From an uncultured Hormoscilla sp. (GTDB taxonomy: Bacteria; Cyanobacteriota; Cyanobacteriia; Cyanobacteriales; Desertifilaceae): 64,000 bases of DNA. The translations under genes and the position numbers were made by a program. This document shows, piece after piece, positions 24,203 to 34,897 of the stretch; position 1 is the stretch's first letter; each line of letters begins with the position of its first letter. The stretch is taken from positions 6,208,001 through 6,272,000 of the forward strand of contig OZ001293.3 of the NCBI GenBank assembly GCA_963921275.4, given 5' to 3'. The notes under the pieces were generated by a model. That model was not told the origin of the DNA. It saw only the letters and a program-made list of their open reading frames with translations, and did not search any database.

Positions 24203-24430
24203 TTAGGTAACTCCGAAGCGATCTTCAATAATCTTCCACACTACTTCCATATCTACTCCCCAATAATGGTGTGCAAGCACATTCCGAAAATCCACAATAT
24301 CTTGCCAAGGAATATGGGAATAGGTTGCTTTCAGAGCATCTGATAGGTTATTCACCGCCTCTCCAATAATAACCAGTCGGTGTGTCCCGGACGCGCTACT
24401 CGCACTGTCCGGGACACACCGATAGCAACG
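24203..24430 (-). pseudogene. HepT/DUF86 HEPN toxin, 3' remnant
   Basis: RLVIIGEAV...IPWQDIVDFRNVLAHHYWGVD; upstream sequence is not HepT-like; carries a hairpin insertion. Confidence 0.75.
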
Positions 24431-24801
24431 CGGGGCAATTTTCGAGGATTGAACATCATCAACCTTTAACGGGAGCATATCTCTTTGGGCAGATGCATGG
24501 ATCGAGGGTGCGCGAGGGGTCGGTAAAGTAGCTATGGCAGCCCCTTCGAGCTTTGAGCAAAAATACTTATGGCAAAATTGACATACTTCTACTATTGACA
24601 TTTTGCCTGTGTAATGCCATAATAGTAACGATGGACTTGACAATGATTGCTCCTGGCGATTGAGCATATGCAGCCCCTTCGGTAACTGAGCAAAAATACT
24701 TATGACAACGTGAGATGCTCCCACCTTTAACTGGGTGTATCTCACGTTTGTAGCCCTTATCCTAAAGGGTAGTCTATCGAATAACTTTACCTTAGAAAGG
24801 A

Positions 24802-26193
24802 TTGAAAATGCAAGAAATAAAGTATAAAGGATTCTGGTGGCTTCCATCCGATTCCGAGAACAAAGTAGCGGTAGATTTAACCTTTTCTAATTCTAATGGA
24901 ATCAAATTAAACATAATAGGTTCATGGGTTAATCATTGGAATTCATCGATGCTAAACGAGGGGCAATCAGAAACTATTAAAATTATACTAGGCATTTCAG
25001 AAGCGGGAAAACTAATTACTATTTATGACTCCATATTGAAGAATTATGTTTTGCATTCTTCTCCTGGGTTAGATACCCAAAAGTATAGATCCAAAATATT
25101 GTTTATTGACGCTCACTTTACCGATCCTAGTGATATACTATTTTACAAAGCAGAAGTAGATTATAGCTACTTGTCTGACTGGGCTAACCTGCCTGTGCCT
25201 GCTATCAAAGGTCGGGAGTATAATCTTAGTTACACTTATCCAGAAAAAATTAGTGCAAAGATCGCGCAGGGTCAAATATCTGTAGTATACAGATATTCAA
25301 GTGTATATGATTTAAGGCATGTTAGGCTATCTGCCTGCTTGCAAATTGAACCAAAGATGGAATTGTCATTTGAGGATTTTTACTCTCAATTTATTTTCCC
25401 TATTAAAAATTTCTTGACTTTAGCAACTAATAGACCAAATTCGCCGACGAGTGTTCGTTTATATTCCCGAAATGGTACAACCCAAGGCAGTCATGCTCTT
25501 GAGGAAATTCCTATTCAAGCAATCTTTCAAACCGAGTTCCGTGAAAATATAGGTAAAAAATCAAGAGCACTTATACTTTTTTCACTTGAAGACATTAAAA
25601 GTAATTTTAGCCTTGTGATGCAAAAATGGTTCAATGTAGTTAATGAATTGGGCATGGGCAGTCTATGCAATCTTTTTTTTAGCGTTTTTAGCGTTCTTTA
25701 CAGTAAGGAAATGTATGCGGAACATCGGTTTCTCAATCTTGTGCAAGCCGCTGAATTATATCATCGTCTCAAAAAGAATAATCAAGTATTGCCAAAGAAT
25801 GAACATGAATATCGCCGCAATTCGATACTAAATAGTATTCCTGAAGAGCACAAAGAATGGCTAAAGCAAAAACTTGAATTTAGTAATGAGCCAACTCTCA
25901 AAGAAAGATTATCAGATTTAACAAAAGAAGTAATTATACGTTTAATTGATGACCCGGAAAAATGGATAGTAAAAATTAAGAATACCCGAAATTACTATAC
26001 CCACTATAATCAATCTCTTAAGAAAAAAGCAGCTAAAGGTGAGGAGCTTTTTTTGCTTACTCAGGAACTATCTTTTGTCCTACAGACTTGTTTACTTATT
26101 GAGTTGGGATGTTCCCCAGAACGCAGTGCTGAGTTAGTTCAGAAAAACGAGTACTGGAAGTACCGGCAAAGGGTAAAAGAAAATTCCCAATAA
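24802..26193 (+). CDS. ApeA-like protein (ApeA N-terminal domain plus HEPN)
   Basis: YKGFWWLPS N-terminus, FLNLVQAAELYHR, NEPTLKERL, RNYYTH (RxxxxH); AT-rich. Confidence 0.8.
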   Translation: MKMQEIKYKGFWWLPSDSENKVAVDLTFSNSNGIKLNIIGSWVNHWNSSMLNEGQSETIKIILGISEAGKLITIYDSILKNYVLHSSPGLDTQKYRSKILFIDAHFTDPSDILFYKAEVDYSYLSDWANLPVPAIKGREYNLSYTYPEKISAKIAQGQISVVYRYSSVYDLRHVRLSACLQIEPKMELSFEDFYSQFIFPIKNFLTLATNRPNSPTSVRLYSRNGTTQGSHALEEIPIQAIFQTEFRENIGKKSRALILFSLEDIKSNFSLVMQKWFNVVNELGMGSLCNLFFSVFSVLYSKEMYAEHRFLNLVQAAELYHRLKKNNQVLPKNEHEYRRNSILNSIPEEHKEWLKQKLEFSNEPTLKERLSDLTKEVIIRLIDDPEKWIVKIKNTRNYYTHYNQSLKKKAAKGEELFLLTQELSFVLQTCLLIELGCSPERSAELVQKNEYWKYRQRVKENSQ

Positions 26194-26570
26194 TTAAGAT
26201 TTAAGCTATAGCTAATTGCCAATGGATAATTGATAATATTCCGTAGGTTGGGTTGACGCCAGGAAACCCAAACCGCAGCATCGAGAGAAACCCAAAACCC
26301 GCTGCGTTGGGTTGAGGAACGAAACCCAACCTACAGTACTAATTAAACCTTACCCCGCAATGCTGCTAATTTTGAGCTAATGGACAAGGGTTGATATCCC
26401 AAGGCAAAGGCTTTAGAACTATCTAAAGAAACATCCGGTGGTCTGGGTGCTGCTATTTGGGTGTCTTGTTGGCGGAACAATTGCGACAAGAACTCCCCCC
26501 TCGCAATGACAATGTGCCCAGTATAACATGTCTTGATGTACTATTATATATAGAGGAAAGAGAATTAACC

Positions 26571-27651
26571 ATGTCTAAAGCAGCAGACGATTTACTGAAA
26601 CAAGGAATAGGGCAATATCAGACCGGTGACGTAGCAGCAGCATTACAGTCTTGGCAGCAAGCCCTGACCCTCTATCGGGAAGCAGACGATCGCAAACGAA
26701 CGGGGGCGGCCTTGGGCAATTTGGGGGCGGCCCATGAGGCCCTGGGAGAGCTGCCAGTCGCCCTAGATTACTATCAGCAGCATCTGGCGATCGCCCAGTC
26801 AATCTCGGACTGGCGGGGACAGGGAAATGCTCTGGAAAATATAGCTAATGTCTACCATAGTTTGGGAGAACTGTCAAGGGCAATAGACTATTATCAGCAG
26901 CGGTTGGCGATCGCCCGAGAACAGTCCGACCTTGAGGCATCCGGCAGGATATTGGGGAACCTGAGATTGACATATAAGGAGATGGGAAATGAGCAGGAGG
27001 CGATGGCCTGTTGCCGGGAACAATGGGCGATCGCGCGGCAGAGGTTTTCCGCAAAAAAAACGGGGGACTTTATGGAAATCGCGGAACAGGTAGGTTTAAA
27101 CCCGATGGAAGACTTCGCGGGGGCGGACCTGAGTGGAATCAACCTGTACTATGCTAACCTAGGCTGGGCAGATTTACGGGAAACAAATTTGAGTAATGCC
27201 GACTTTAGATTAGCAGACCTGAACAATGCGAAATTAAGTAAAGCCAATCTGAGCAATGCCAAGTTAAGTAATGCGAATCTGCGGGATGCCGACCTCAGCT
27301 ATGCAAATATGACGGGAGCAGATTTGCGGTTATCAGAACAACCACTCGCTAAACCAGGAAAGGGAAGAAAAGACAGGCGGCAAGGGCTAACGGAAGTAAT
27401 TCCTATTAAGTCTACCTATGAAAAGGGCCTAGTACCCAGTAGCCGGATGCGGTGAAAATCGCAAGTCCGGTTCCGAAAGGGAGGGTCGGGAAGCGATTCC
27501 CGGCTCGACCCCATCCAAGTTGGTGGGAACTAAACTCAAAGGGGCGTTCCTCAAGGGGGCAAATGTGGAAAAAGTGGACTTCAGAGAAACATCAGGTATT
27601 TCTCAGCAGATGAAAATTGACCTGATGGAGCGCGGGGCGATTTGTGAGTAA
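26571..27651 (+). pseudogene. TPR plus pentapeptide-repeat protein disrupted by an intron fragment
   Basis: TPR repeats, EDFAGADL, pentapeptides; native tail KLVGTKLKGAFLKGA...ERGAICE* resumes at 27517. Confidence 0.82.
27327..27516 (+). mobile_element. 5'-truncated group II intron type B (3' 190 nt, including D5-D6)
   Basis: Matches the 3' end of 45012-45882 through CCCCATCC, with a small variant just after D5. Confidence 0.9.
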
Positions 27652-27676
27652 AATGATAAGCAATTCAAAATTCAAA

Positions 27677-28276
27677 ATGGAGAAAGCCACGGCTGTAACT
27701 CGGAAACGTTTTACCAGAGAAGAATATCACCGCATGGGGGATTTGGGATTCTTTGACGATCGGGTAGAATTGATGCGGGGCGAAATTATCCAGATGCCAA
27801 GGAAGCAACCACCCCATTCAGTCTGCAATACCCGTTTGTGGAAGGAGTTATTCCAGCTAGTGGGCGATCGGGCCATTGTGCGGGCAGGAGAACCAATTAT
27901 ATTATCTGCTGATAGCGAACCTCAGCCCGATCTGGTAATAGCACGCGATCGCCCAGACGAGTATTTATCGAGTCATCCCGAACCGGTGGATATCTTCTTG
28001 GTGGTGGAAATTGCAGATGGGACATTGAGTTACGATCGCAACAGGAAGTTATCCATCTATGCTGAAGATGGGATTACAGATTACTGGATATTCAACTTGC
28101 AAGACCAGCAACTGGAAGCATACAGCGAACCCGATCGAGATTTGCAGGGCAAGTTTGGCTATGCTAGCAAGGGTATTTTTTTGCCCGATGCAGTTATTGC
28201 TATCCCCGGTTTCCCCGATCGGACTCTAAATTTAGCGAAAATATTTCCAGGGGAGATGCAGTCAGAGCGATTTTGA
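27677..28276 (+). CDS. Uma2 family endonuclease-like protein
   Basis: RFTREEYHRM, SEPQPDL, LVVEIAD, YAEDGITDYWI. Confidence 0.9.
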   Translation: MEKATAVTRKRFTREEYHRMGDLGFFDDRVELMRGEIIQMPRKQPPHSVCNTRLWKELFQLVGDRAIVRAGEPIILSADSEPQPDLVIARDRPDEYLSSHPEPVDIFLVVEIADGTLSYDRNRKLSIYAEDGITDYWIFNLQDQQLEAYSEPDRDLQGKFGYASKGIFLPDAVIAIPGFPDRTLNLAKIFPGEMQSERF

Positions 28277-28296
28277 GGATAAAATAAGTCATAATC

Positions 28297-28701
28297 ATGA
28301 GGAGGATTGGCAAAGCCATGTCTCAAGCAACCATAACTGATGTTTCCTTAAACCAGACGTTCGATCGACTAGCCCAAATCAGCAAACTGCCACCTAATTG
28401 GGATTCTTATGGCGCAGAACCAGTGTCGTCGGTAGCTGTAGTAAAGGCTTGTCAGCTTGTAGTTAATGTGAAAGAATCATGTTATAATTTGGTGGGAGAA
28501 AAAGTGCTACCCTTTGCGGTGGCACCCCTTGCGGATGGTGGCCTGCAAGTGGAATGGCGAGGAACAATGAATGTTCTGGAGGTCGAAATTAGCCCGAACG
28601 GAGAGTTCGGCTATTTGTCGATCGCAGGAGAAGGAAATAGTCGCAAGTTTGAGGAGAAAGATCCTGCTGACTTGGAAGAATTGCTTTCCCTGGTGTTATA
28701 G
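28297..28701 (+). CDS. Hypothetical protein
   Basis: LPPNWDSYGAEP...PLADGGLQVEW; SD-like GAGGAGG before a second ATG. Confidence 0.7.
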   Translation: MRRIGKAMSQATITDVSLNQTFDRLAQISKLPPNWDSYGAEPVSSVAVVKACQLVVNVKESCYNLVGEKVLPFAVAPLADGGLQVEWRGTMNVLEVEISPNGEFGYLSIAGEGNSRKFEEKDPADLEELLSLVL

Positions 28702-28859
28702 GCGATCGGCCCCAATATCGCGCTTGCATAAATCCGCCTGGGCAGACTATAATTGTAAGAGGGAAGGAATTCCAGATCGCCGGTTCACCCGATCGGGCTC
28801 TAAATTTAGGGAAAATATTTCCGGGGAGATGCAGTAAACCTTATAGGTCGAGTAGTGAG

Positions 28860-29105
28860 ATGAGTCTGGTTATTTCCGATGAAATTGTGAAAGCAAGTGG
28901 GCTATCAGAAGACGAACTTTTCTTGGAAATTGTTTTGCTGCTCTTTAAGCAGGACAAGATTAGCCTAGGAAAAGCAGCGGAATTGTTAAATATGTCGCAA
29001 ATTCGCTTTCAGCGGTTGATGGCCGATCGGGGTATTTGCGTCCATTATGACGTGGCTGAATTGCAGGAAGATATCCAGCATTTGACTGCAAAGGGGTGGC
29101 TATGA
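28860..29105 (+). CDS. UPF0175 family protein (predicted antitoxin)
   Basis: KISLGKAAELL..SQIRFQRLMADRGI. Confidence 0.88.
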   Translation: MSLVISDEIVKASGLSEDELFLEIVLLLFKQDKISLGKAAELLNMSQIRFQRLMADRGICVHYDVAELQEDIQHLTAKGWL

Positions 29106-29800
29106 TTATGACAATGTTTTTAGTCGGTTTTCAACCGACTTTAGCTATTAGCCGGGGGTTTGAACCCCCGGCGGGGTAACTGCGCAGACTATAATGGTAA
29201 GAGGGAAGAACTTCACTATCGCCAGTTCACCCGATCGGGCTCTAAATTTAGCGAAAGTATTTCCCGGGGAGATATCGGGGGATTGAAATCCCACGTCCAC
29301 AATTCGGTCTGGGCGGACTATAATAGTAGAATCGAAGGACATCACCATCACCATCATGCCCAAATGACTCAGCCACAGCCAAAATCTCAGCCAACCAGAT
29401 CCCAGTCACGTCCAACCCTCGCACAGCAGTCTCCCCCAGCAGGTACGCGGTTGGGTAGGTTGACACAAAAGCTTGTGCGGAACATTTTAGAGGTTGTGGA
29501 TCAGCTATTGTGGGCGGTGATGGGTAAGCTGGGGAGAACAGTTTACGAGTCAATTCAGGATGCGATCGCACTCAGCATCCTTCTGAAACTACCCGGTTTC
29601 ATCGGCGAATTTATTCTCGGAAAAAAATTCTCCGATTTTGGTGTTTGTAACAAAGAGAATCCCTTGTCGAATTTTATGCTTGTTACCTCATCTTCGCCTC
29701 TGACTTTTTGCTTTGTATCGTTCTAGCGGGTCGAATTATTATTCGTTTTTGGAAAGACATCGACATCAAAGATTTGAGAAACTAATAGGAGAAACGCGAT

Positions 29801-30481
29801 ATGACAAGAGTCAACAGTGAAACAATTAGTCTTTACGAAGAAGCCAAGGCAGGATTAAGTTCTTTGGTCAAGCAAACGGCTCAGGTTGGTGCGGGTTTTC
29901 TGGTGATGCTGCTGCTAACTGGCGGTCAACCATTAGCCTATATCGTGGGGTTTAGCTTTGTTGGAGGAGTTGCCTTTGTTGCTTGGAGCGAACATAAGCG
30001 GTTGACTAAACCTAACATGCCTTTTTCTGCTACCATATATAAACCCTATGAACAAATTATAGAAGACCAAATTAAGCGCATTATTGAAGCAGAAAAAGAT
30101 AATTTTTATGAGCTTGTGAAAAATGAAGATCTAGATCCCGCTGAAGATTTTGCTGGCGCTAACTTAGTGGGAGTTATTGGCGTTGGTTGCAACATGAGGA
30201 GTTTCAACTTCAGCGGTACAGACTTGAGTGAAGCTGACTTGAGTCGCGCAGATATGAGGGAGGCAAAACTGATGAATGCTAAACTGATACGTGCTAAACT
30301 GATACGTGCAGACCTGAGTCGCGCCGACTTAACAAAAGCTCAACTGATGGATGCTGACCTCAGCTATGCTGATATCAGAAATGCTATCTTAGAGGTCCCC
30401 ATTGAGCCCAGGGTGCAAGCTTATAGCGAAAACGGGTCCCGTGCTCCTACGGTAGCTTGTGCCCAATTAAAACTGCTGTAG
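29801..30481 (+). CDS. Membrane-anchored pentapeptide-repeat protein
   Basis: Two hydrophobic helices, LDPAEDFAGANL, A(D/K)Lxx repeats. Confidence 0.8.
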   Translation: MTRVNSETISLYEEAKAGLSSLVKQTAQVGAGFLVMLLLTGGQPLAYIVGFSFVGGVAFVAWSEHKRLTKPNMPFSATIYKPYEQIIEDQIKRIIEAEKDNFYELVKNEDLDPAEDFAGANLVGVIGVGCNMRSFNFSGTDLSEADLSRADMREAKLMNAKLIRAKLIRADLSRADLTKAQLMDADLSYADIRNAILEVPIEPRVQAYSENGSRAPTVACAQLKLL

Positions 30482-30512
30482 TTGAACTGACCTCTTGTAA
30501 TTTATATTAGAA

Positions 30513-31151
30513 GTGATGAATGCTAGTTTCAGCATGAAACAACCCCTACCGATAATGCCTCAGCCACAGCATGAAAACCGATACCCAGACTGCTTGTGGA
30601 TGGAATTGGAAGCTATCCCAGTTCCATCTCAGCAGCTCGACTTGCCAGTGACCATCAAGTTTAACGAACAGTGGGAGCCGCTGTTGAATGGTCGTGTCAA
30701 GTTTGGCCTGAAGGGTGGAGAACTGAGGCTAAAGCTGAAAAACGGTCAAATTCCCTATAATTGTCGTCATCTAACTGAATCATTTGAGCTTTATATCGAG
30801 AACGAGACAGGGGAAACAGATCCGTTCCAGTCAACTTTGTGTCAGGTAACGACGAATGGTTCGGAGGTAAACCCTGGCTGGGTGTTTGAGCTAAAGATGG
30901 GTTCGCAGGTTTTGAAAGGCTCGCTCCAGAAGAAAAAGCTGGGAACTTTGATGGTAACGGACAACTCTTGCGGGGTGGAAGCAACTTTTGAAGTTTTGCT
31001 GAAATACCTGCATTTAACTGATACTGAGGAACTGTGGCCGCCAAACATCAGCCGCAATAAACGGATAGTTTTGGAGAGGGCGATCGCCAAGCATCTCCTA
31101 CAGTCAAAGTTACAGCCCTATCTCAGTCGGACGGTGTTGCAATATGACTGA
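30513..31151 (+). CDS. Hypothetical protein coupled to a pentapeptide gene
   Basis: Clean 212 aa ORF overlapping the next start codon. Confidence 0.7.
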   Translation: MMNASFSMKQPLPIMPQPQHENRYPDCLWMELEAIPVPSQQLDLPVTIKFNEQWEPLLNGRVKFGLKGGELRLKLKNGQIPYNCRHLTESFELYIENETGETDPFQSTLCQVTTNGSEVNPGWVFELKMGSQVLKGSLQKKKLGTLMVTDNSCGVEATFEVLLKYLHLTDTEELWPPNISRNKRIVLERAIAKHLLQSKLQPYLSRTVLQYD

Positions 31152-31740
31152 TGAAGAATCTATCCAGGAACTTCAAGACCTCATCCAGCGGGTTGTCGAG
31201 GCAGAAACAAATGATTTTTCTGAGCTAGCAGAAATTTCTGGTCTAGATATTGCTGAAGATTTTGCGGGTGCAGATCTGAGTAATGCCGACCTGAGCGTTA
31301 GTCTGAGCGGTGCCCTTGCCCTGAGATTTGTTGGTCTGGGCGGTGCCCTGAGCCTTGCCCTGAGAGTTGTTCGTCTGGGCGGTGCCCTGACCTATGGTCT
31401 GACCAATGGTCTGACCGATGGTCTGATCGGTGATCTGAGCGTTGACCTGAGTGATGCCCTCCGGAGGCGTGCCAAACTGAGTAATGCCAACCTGAGGTTC
31501 GCCGACTTGAGGCGTGCCGACCTGAGCAATGCTGACCTGAGCAATGCTGACCTGAGCAATGCCGACTTGAGGCGTGCCGACCTGAGCAATGCTGACCTGA
31601 GCAATGCTGACCTGAGCAATGCCAACCTGAGCAATGCCGACCTGAGCGGTGCAGAAGTAGAAAATGCCCGATTCGGATATAATTCTGGAATTTCTGAGGA
31701 TATGAGACTTTACCTAATTCGACGAGGAGCAATATTTTAG
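31144..31740 (+). CDS. Pentapeptide-repeat protein
   Basis: EDFAGADLSNADL and 15-bp tandem repeats encoding ADLSN. Confidence 0.85.
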   Translation: MTDEESIQELQDLIQRVVEAETNDFSELAEISGLDIAEDFAGADLSNADLSVSLSGALALRFVGLGGALSLALRVVRLGGALTYGLTNGLTDGLIGDLSVDLSDALRRRAKLSNANLRFADLRRADLSNADLSNADLSNADLRRADLSNADLSNADLSNANLSNADLSGAEVENARFGYNSGISEDMRLYLIRRGAIF

Positions 31741-31950
31741 GATTCTTCGGGCGGTTATAAAAGGCGATCGTCCCAAAAATAAGTCCACAAAAATTATGGC
31801 TATCATCCTAAATAAGTTAGATATAATTCGATGATTTCAGCCCGATACAGACCTGCATTTTCTGACAAAATAAACCCTGTTTTTTGACCGATTAAAGGAA
31901 GTCAAGCCACAAAAAAGCGAGATAATGATACTATAATAGCAGAAGTAATC

Positions 31951-33544
31951 GTGGGGGAAATAGATATGTACCAACCAGTGGCGCCTGCGAAGCTCCTAAC
32001 ATTTGAGGAATATCGGTTCTACCAGGGAGAACCGGATGTTCTATACGAACTATTCCGAGGAAGTTTGATCCCAATGCCAACGCCAACATCATTACATACC
32101 AGAATCTGTCATTTTCTCGTCTCTATCCTGCGGCGTCACTTTGCCAGTCAAAATCTAGCTTTAATAGCCACAGATATCACGGGAGTCAGAACAGAAGTTG
32201 ATGGTTCTCGCATTCCAGATGTCGTAGTTTGCTCGACCGAACTCTGGGAGCGATCCTGTGCCAGACCCGGTGCTGGTATTCTTGACTTTGGGGAAACGCC
32301 AACCCTAGTCATTGAAGTAAATTGGCGGGAAGACTACCTTCGCAAACGGGCTGAATATGCCTTGATCGACATTCCCGAATATTGGATAGTGGATGGGGTC
32401 GAGCCGGGAATCGCTTCCCGACCCTCCCTTGAGGAACCGGACTTGCGATTTTCACCGCATCCGGCTACTGGGTACTAGGCCCTTTTCATAGGTAGACTTA
32501 ATAGGAATTACTTCCGTTAGCCCTTGCCGCCTGTCTTTTCTTCCCTTTCCTGGTTTAGCGAGTGGTTGTTCTGATAACCGTTAGTATCACCATTTTCAAG
32601 TCAGTTTTACCAGTTATCCATACCTTATCCTCCACTTGCGTTTCGGATTAGTTCCGTGGCTTTTTAGGATTACTCATTCCAGCAGCTTCCTAGTATCACC
32701 GACCCACGTCAGCGCTGGCTACCCAGCATCATCTACATTACTGTAGATGTTATCCCAGGAATTACCCCGGGCATTCGCTTCTTGGGCCATCCCTCCCCCC
32801 GTGGCTTGCGCTTAACATCTAACTTGTCCTGATGGACAGCACACGAGAGGTTACTTCGTTCCCTAACAACATTTCGCGATACCTTTAGGTCCACACTATA
32901 CCCCGGGAGCTATTTGAGTACTATATTAGCCAGAGTCTAAAACTAATACTAGCTACCATTTCCTTTTTAGGCCAGCGCATATAGCCTTATTTCGCTGGTT
33001 CCTTATAACGAGGCTTGCACATGTTTGCCTGCTCTAACCTTGGATATCTTTCCTAGCGGCGTCACCGGCTTAGGCTGCCAGTTATCCTACATTTGAGTCC
33101 TCGCTTAGCACCACGATGATGTCGCTTCGTAGCACCGAGGACCGGTGTCACCCCCGTACCTGGGGGGAGGGGAATTTAACCCCCATGCGGTCAGAGTTCC
33201 CGGCTAATGAAACCGGGCTAGCGTTCCGTGTTTGACCACGTTAGGCTAGAACGAATCGCACAGACCCTAACAGGGAGCGCGTCTGGATCTTGAGTAATCC
33301 TGAAGGTGACGAAGGTTACGATTGGGTAGAATATCTACGAGGGGAATCCTTCAGTTCGGTGCAGTTTCCCCAACTGGTTTTATCAGTTAATACAGTCCTT
33401 GCACCTCCATTGGTCGAAAATTTAATCAGGGATGAACAAGCACAACTGCAACAGATTCAACAACAGAGAGATGCACAGCAAGAAAGGGCCGATCGGTTGG
33501 CTGCTAAATTACGGGAAATGGGATTAGACCCAGACACCATCTAG
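31951..33544 (+). pseudogene. Uma2 family protein interrupted by an antisense group II intron
   Basis: Joining 32390 to 33262 gives IPEYWIVDPNRERVWILSNPEG in frame. Confidence 0.87.
32391..33261 (-). mobile_element. ORF-less group II intron, type B copy 1 (871 nt)
   Basis: Reverse complement of 45012-45882; 5' flank AGGGTCT pairs with EBS1 loop AGACTCT. Confidence 0.93.
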
Positions 33545-33669
33545 AACCTCAGTCAGTCAAGAAACCGGGTTTCTCTCGTCATATCCTTGATATCTCGTTG
33601 ATAGCTGAACAAGAAACTCGGTTTCTGGCTTCTCTATATTTCCAGTCAAATATAGAGGGCGATCGCCTT

Positions 33670-34032
33670 TTATCCCAGAGTCAGAATACCCGCTGAAAAA
33701 TCCGCCAGCAGCCGCTTTGTCCTCAACCAAGGCAAACCTATAATAGTTTCCCTGATTTCCGGTCCCGCAACAGCTTCAACAGTCAACTCTTGGTCATCCA
33801 ATACCACTTTTGCCATGTAGGTATTAAGAATGGTTTCACCCATTGCCGTCACCAGGTTCCTTGTCTCGATCTCAGACCATTCAAGAGCCTCCAAATCCTG
33901 CTCGTTAATTGCTAGCCACTCTGTCGAACCTGTATCCAGTAGCGCCATTACGGGAAATATTTCTCCATTAGCTGCGATCAAACCAATCTCCAAAAATAGC
34001 TGACCTCACTCATCAAACTCACCTTGAATCAT
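33670..34032 (-). pseudogene. Clan AA aspartyl protease-like protein with early in-frame stop
   Basis: ALLDTGS and IIGLPWL motifs; MIQGEFDE*GQLFLEIGL with TGA at 34008-34006. Confidence 0.75.
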
Positions 34033-34346
34033 ATTCTGCCACAGACTCCTGTTTCATTAATTCGGAAAGTAGCAAATCGCTGCTGCGGGTATTTCTCCAG
34101 TGCCTTCTGTAAGGCTATAATGCTATCGCGATCTATGAAATAGTCTCCGCTATTTGGCTCAATGAGGATGAACCAATTATAGTGGTTTGCGATTAACTCT
34201 GGGCGAACTCGCTCAAAAATCACGCGACCTCGCTGGTGAAATGCTTCCATTTCAGCTTTGCGTTTGGCTATTTCTTCAGGAGACCTCACGATCTCTGGGA
34301 ATATCCTTCCCCGCCGCGCTTTCCAGTTTAATTGCTGTTGTGCCAT
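34029..34346 (-). CDS. Small hypothetical protein coupled to the aspartyl protease gene
   Basis: RRGRIFPE...HYNWFILIEPNSGDYFID...RINETGVCGRI. Confidence 0.75.
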   Translation of the reverse strand: MAQQQLNWKARRGRIFPEIVRSPEEIAKRKAEMEAFHQRGRVIFERVRPELIANHYNWFILIEPNSGDYFIDRDSIIALQKALEKYPQQRFATFRINETGVCGRI

Positions 34347-34423
34347 CTTTTTATCATCTCTACTTCTTTAGCTAGTGGTATAATGGCAGCATCTTACTTT
34401 GAAATCAATGTATGGACTCCGAC

Positions 34424-34852
34424 TCACTCAGACTGTAAAATCAAAGCCAAAGCCCGATCGAGAATTTCCTCTCGATCGACCATTTGTTCTAATTCCCTAA
34501 CCTCGTAGCGTTCTCCATCTATTTCTAAAGAAGCCTTGTTAATAGCTTGTCGATAAGCTTTTTCTAAAGTGAGACGCAAATCTTCTAAATCCAAGTAAAA
34601 CCCCTTAGATTTAGGACGCTGATTTAACTCCTGAATTTCTAGAACAGAGTTGCGAATGGAAACCTCCCAAGAACCGGTAGAGCGATTTTCAACTTGCTGC
34701 TTAATCAGATGCAGCAGTAGAATAACTGCAAAACTACGAATGTTATTAATGATATCCTTTTTGCTCATTTCTTCAAGTTCTTCGACAATGGCTAACGATC
34801 CTGGTATATCGCCTTTTAGCAGCAAGTCTTTGAGTGCAAACAATTCTTCCAT
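34424..34852 (-). CDS. DUF29 family protein
   Basis: VEELEEMSKKD...LLLHLIKQQVENRSTGSWEVSIRN. Confidence 0.85.
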   Translation of the reverse strand: MEELFALKDLLLKGDIPGSLAIVEELEEMSKKDIINNIRSFAVILLLHLIKQQVENRSTGSWEVSIRNSVLEIQELNQRPKSKGFYLDLEDLRLTLEKAYRQAINKASLEIDGERYEVRELEQMVDREEILDRALALILQSE

Positions 34853-34897
34853 AATGATTACCTCAAGCTATGAATGTTTTCATGTAGATAACTACGG

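Noticed and set aside
24431..24847. N-terminal part of the 214 aa minus-strand ORF
   Set aside because: Only the 3' part is HepT-like; the rest is open by chance and overlaps the ApeA-like start region.
29338..29358. His6 run suggesting vector contamination
   Set aside because: No vector context; it lies in a repeat-derived frame upstream of the likelier start near 29363.
31298..31732. Antisense repetitive ORFs
   Set aside because: Shadows of the pentapeptide 15-bp repeats.
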